Below are positions 61,517 through 64,000 of a stretch of 64,000 nt of DNA, one piece after another. The notes below the pieces were generated by a model, which saw only the letters and a list, made by a program, of their open reading frames with translations, had not been told where the DNA came from and made no database searches. How positions within the stretch are numbered: position 1 is the stretch's first letter; each line of letters starts with the position of its first letter. Origin of the DNA: a virus (lineage: Duplodnaviria; Caudoviricetes); the IMG/VR virus record IMGVR_UViG_3300046522_000316, positions 250,290 to 314,289 of that record. One strand, written 5' to 3'. A program made the translations under genes and the position numbers.

Positions 61517-61852
61517 TTACGCGTTGACAGGGGCCGCAGGTGCGTCCGGCTCTTCTTCCTCTTCCTCTTCTTCCTCTTCTTCCTCTTCCTCTTCCTCTTC
61601 TTCCTCTTCGTCAGGCAGACCGAAAGCGTATTGGAAAGCGCCGCTGGAAAACGCGAGTTCTTCACCGAAGCCGACGAACGCGTCTACGTTACCGGCGTGA
61701 TGGCACAATTTCTGGCCGACGAAATAAATGCACTCGACCTGATCGGCAACCTGTTCGCTTTCGGTTTCGCGGTAGAAAACAGCGGTCACGGTCATGGCGA
61801 TAGGGCTGTTTTTCGGTGCAGTCAGGGCGCCAACATATGGAACTTGGGACAT
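61517..61852 (-). CDS. 111-aa protein with 20-residue poly-Glu tract
   Basis: Start reassigned to MSQVPY (GGAG SD); GAA/GAG x20 at 61550-61609. Confidence 0.65.
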   Translation of the reverse strand: MSQVPYVGALTAPKNSPIAMTVTAVFYRETESEQVADQVECIYFVGQKLCHHAGNVDAFVGFGEELAFSSGAFQYAFGLPDEEEEEEEEEEEEEEEEEEEEPDAPAAPVNA

Positions 61853-61865
61853 GGTAAAACTCCAG

Positions 61866-62654
61866 TTATTTGCGTTTCTTTTTCTTTCCAGCTTTTTGCT
61901 TTTTGCGTACAGCGGCTGCTGCTTGTGCAGAAAGCATTTGCACGCTGTAGAACGGTTCACGTCCTTCAGCGACCAAATCTTCGTTGAGCATTTCAACAAT
62001 GGCTTCTTTGGAGAAATCCATTTCCATTTCTTCGATTTCTTTTTTCCACGCTTCGTCTTCCGCTGCACACAAAGCATCAACGGCGTCGAGGGCCATTGCG
62101 CTTTCCAGTGTGGTCGGGAGGCCGTTTGCGTCGAGTTCCAGTTTCGACGAAGGGATCGAAATATTCGCTTTGATTTCGATTGGTTCCGGGCGAGCCGCGA
62201 TCACCAGAGAATCAGCCAATTGCTTCAGGCCTGCAAGTTGGCCCGGCGTGTGTTGCTGCGTGAAAAACACACGCGCTTTTTCGTCGTGAGTCATCGGCTG
62301 CATATAACCTGCGCCGTATGTAGAATTCACATTCGGTTCATCGCCCGGAATAAATTCCAAGGTGTTGCCGATACGACCACGGGACGAATCCATCCAGCTA
62401 AGGTCGCCGCCGATATCGAATGTTTCCGAAGTTTGGTGCGAGCTTTCGCCGCTGATATACGAATCGTCAAAAGGGATAAACGTCGGAGTGCGTCCACGTT
62501 CGCGAGACGGGCGGTGGATTTCTTGGCCGGGGATATGGGACTGTGCAGCAGCGACTTCGATACGCACAGTTTTATCCGTTGGATAATTCAGAGCATTTCC
62601 GCCCGCGTCGATTGCTTCTTGCTCGGTAACTTCGTTCATTTCGATTCCTGCCAT
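61866..62654 (-). CDS. acidic protein with basic C-terminal tail
   Basis: AGGGA SD. Confidence 0.65.
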   Translation of the reverse strand: MAGIEMNEVTEQEAIDAGGNALNYPTDKTVRIEVAAAQSHIPGQEIHRPSRERGRTPTFIPFDDSYISGESSHQTSETFDIGGDLSWMDSSRGRIGNTLEFIPGDEPNVNSTYGAGYMQPMTHDEKARVFFTQQHTPGQLAGLKQLADSLVIAARPEPIEIKANISIPSSKLELDANGLPTTLESAMALDAVDALCAAEDEAWKKEIEEMEMDFSKEAIVEMLNEDLVAEGREPFYSVQMLSAQAAAAVRKKQKAGKKKKRK

Positions 62655-62992
62655 TTTTTCGTATTCCCTTGAAGCTTCACGATGTAGGTGTAACCTACGC
62701 CATTTGCCTCACGTTCGTAGCGCACGGCACGAACCGGGACGCGACACGGTTGATTATCCAGCACCACGAAAAATTCCTGACTGAAATCGTAGGCCCGTTG
62801 GTGCGTGAAAAACTCCACGACCAACATCAGGTTTTCTTCGCGATCAGAACGGGTGCTGTGATGGAGATATTCGCACTGCTGGAAACCGCGCTCGGTGCAA
62901 AGCTTCACGTCAGAAATCGTGTCGCCTTTTTCACTATCCTTGCGCATGCACAACAGTGCGAGGTGGAAATTCTTTTCGTGCCCTTTGGTCAT
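62636..62992 (-). CDS. hypothetical protein
   Basis: Start reassigned to MTKGHE (ATGA overlap). Confidence 0.55.
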   Translation of the reverse strand: MTKGHEKNFHLALLCMRKDSEKGDTISDVKLCTERGFQQCEYLHHSTRSDREENLMLVVEFFTHQRAYDFSQEFFVVLDNQPCRVPVRAVRYEREANGVGYTYIVKLQGNTKKWQESK

Positions 62993-63546
62993 TGAGTAAT
63001 TGCCCGATAAGCTGCACGCCATCCGAGTTTCGCCTTCACGTAAGCAATCGACTGCCGACGCTCGAATTCTTCATAAACTTCGTCCATGTGAATCGGACGC
63101 ATGTTCGTGTGTTCGAGCGAGCAATTGAAGTACCGACGATCACGCACAAGGCCTGCATGCAGGTGTCCGTGTAAGTTACGCTTGCCGCGCAAATGCTCAG
63201 GGTGCAGCGGGGCGTGTGTCATGATGATGCCGTGTTTATAACCGTACATGCTATGAACACTATTTACAGTTTTCAAACCTGCAATAAATCCAGCGCTCAC
63301 TTTCTCGGTGCAGTGGTTGCCGAGAATCACGACCTTACGACCGGGCAACGAATCTACCTTCAGCCAACCCGCTTCGCTGAATGCAACGTCACCCAAAATG
63401 TAGGTGGTATCGCGCTTGTTCGAACGCACGGTATCGGCCCAATTATCGCAGACGAATTCGTCATGCTGTGCAACGCTTTCGTAACCGCGATAGATGTGAA
63501 TACTTTCGTGGGCAATGTGCAAATCAGCGCAGAGGTATGCGGCCAT
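62989..63546 (-). CDS. calcineurin-like metallophosphoesterase
   Basis: DLH (ADLHIAH), GD (ILGDV), GNH (LGNHC), H (MTHAP), GHxH (HGHLH). Confidence 0.85.
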   Translation of the reverse strand: MAAYLCADLHIAHESIHIYRGYESVAQHDEFVCDNWADTVRSNKRDTTYILGDVAFSEAGWLKVDSLPGRKVVILGNHCTEKVSAGFIAGLKTVNSVHSMYGYKHGIIMTHAPLHPEHLRGKRNLHGHLHAGLVRDRRYFNCSLEHTNMRPIHMDEVYEEFERRQSIAYVKAKLGWRAAYRAITQ

Positions 63547-63896
63547 TATTCTGTCTCGACAAAGAAACTCAGGTAGGTGTCATAATCCGGAACTTCGAAC
63601 GATTCCAGACCAGTGTCGTTTTCGTCCGGATAAAACTCAGAGCCTTGTTGGAAAGTCACGCCGTTCCATACGCAGGTCAGCGTGCCTTCTTGTGCCATGT
63701 GGCGAATGATCGCGGACGGCTCAGGATCGTTGAGGCCCATCACGATTTCGAAACGCTTATTCTTGAAATCTTGCGTGGCACAGAAGATGTGACAGATCGG
63801 AGTTTCATTCCAGATTTGTACAGGCACCGGCAACTGCAAAATCCCGTTAGTCGCTTGGTACAGGCGCTCGCTTTCTGCGCGGGAAATCTTACTCAT
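63546..63896 (-). CDS. hypothetical protein
   Basis: Start MSKISR; coupled. Confidence 0.6.
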   Translation of the reverse strand: MSKISRAESERLYQATNGILQLPVPVQIWNETPICHIFCATQDFKNKRFEIVMGLNDPEPSAIIRHMAQEGTLTCVWNGVTFQQGSEFYPDENDTGLESFEVPDYDTYLSFFVETE

Positions 63897-64000
63897 TTTT
63901 GTCACCAGTTCTTGATCCGAGTTTGGGGAACGCTTGCAGAACCAAAGTGGTCAGCGTAGGTTCGATTCCTTGGTCGCGCAGTGTCTGCCGCGCTTCCGGA
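63889..64000 (-). CDS. 5'-truncated hypothetical protein
   Basis: Open frame ...PEARQTLRDQGIEPTLTTLVLQAFPKLGSRTGDKNE*. Confidence 0.45.
   Translation of the reverse strand, partial: PEARQTLRDQGIEPTLTTLVLQAFPKLGSRTGDKNE

Noticed and set aside
61468-61665. Lys/Arg-rich ORF overlapping the poly-Glu tract
   Set aside because: Alternative frame of the same GAA/GAG repeat; the Glu frame has an SD-supported start and tiles with its neighbours.
1-64000. tRNA, rRNA, introns/inteins, integrase or transposase genes
   Set aside because: No cloverleaf/T-loop signatures, intein motifs or recombinase motifs found by eye, and intergenic gaps are mostly too short. tRNAscan-SE and Infernal were not run.

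Overview
A 64 kb segment of a large lytic dsDNA phage genome, probably a jumbo-type phage of a Gammaproteobacterium. Pseudomonas is the best guess for the host, inferred from an AlgR-like LytTR domain, KPAA-type repeats and a type IV pilin-like peptide; no search was run. About 140 tightly tiled, mostly small genes all lie on the minus strand, and the long plus-strand ORFs in the track are antisense shadows. I recognised no core replication, capsid, terminase, tRNA, rRNA or CRISPR features, so this looks like the early/host-takeover accessory region. Recognisable products are two GNAT acetyltransferases, two 2OG-Fe(II) oxygenases, a Pol-beta-type nucleotidyltransferase, a LemA-like/TPM-like membrane operon, a KTSC-domain Ala/Lys-rich protein, KorA-, XRE- and LytTR-type DNA-binding proteins, a VgrG3C-like lysozyme, a DprA/SLOG-like protein and a metallophosphoesterase. 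The strongest candidates for new biology are host mimics. (1) Three dispersed acyl-carrier-protein-like domains all lack the phosphopantetheine-accepting serine (Ser replaced by Glu, Gly or Arg). (2) An unannotated 34-aa type IV prepilin-like micro-peptide (KSKG|FTLIELLIV) sits inside the LemA/TPM-like operon. (3) A receiver-less AlgR-like LytTR protein is present. There are also three families of repeated intergenic elements: sigma70 promoters with a shared CACTCACGCAAT-AGGAAG leader (7 copies), hairpin-GTCAGTAGT-CTTTATCAAGGAA leaders (4 copies), and GCAY/GUGC-core hairpins (about 9 copies). Reference sequences used for comparison (E. coli AcpP, P. aeruginosa AlgR) were recalled from memory, and all functional roles are inferences.
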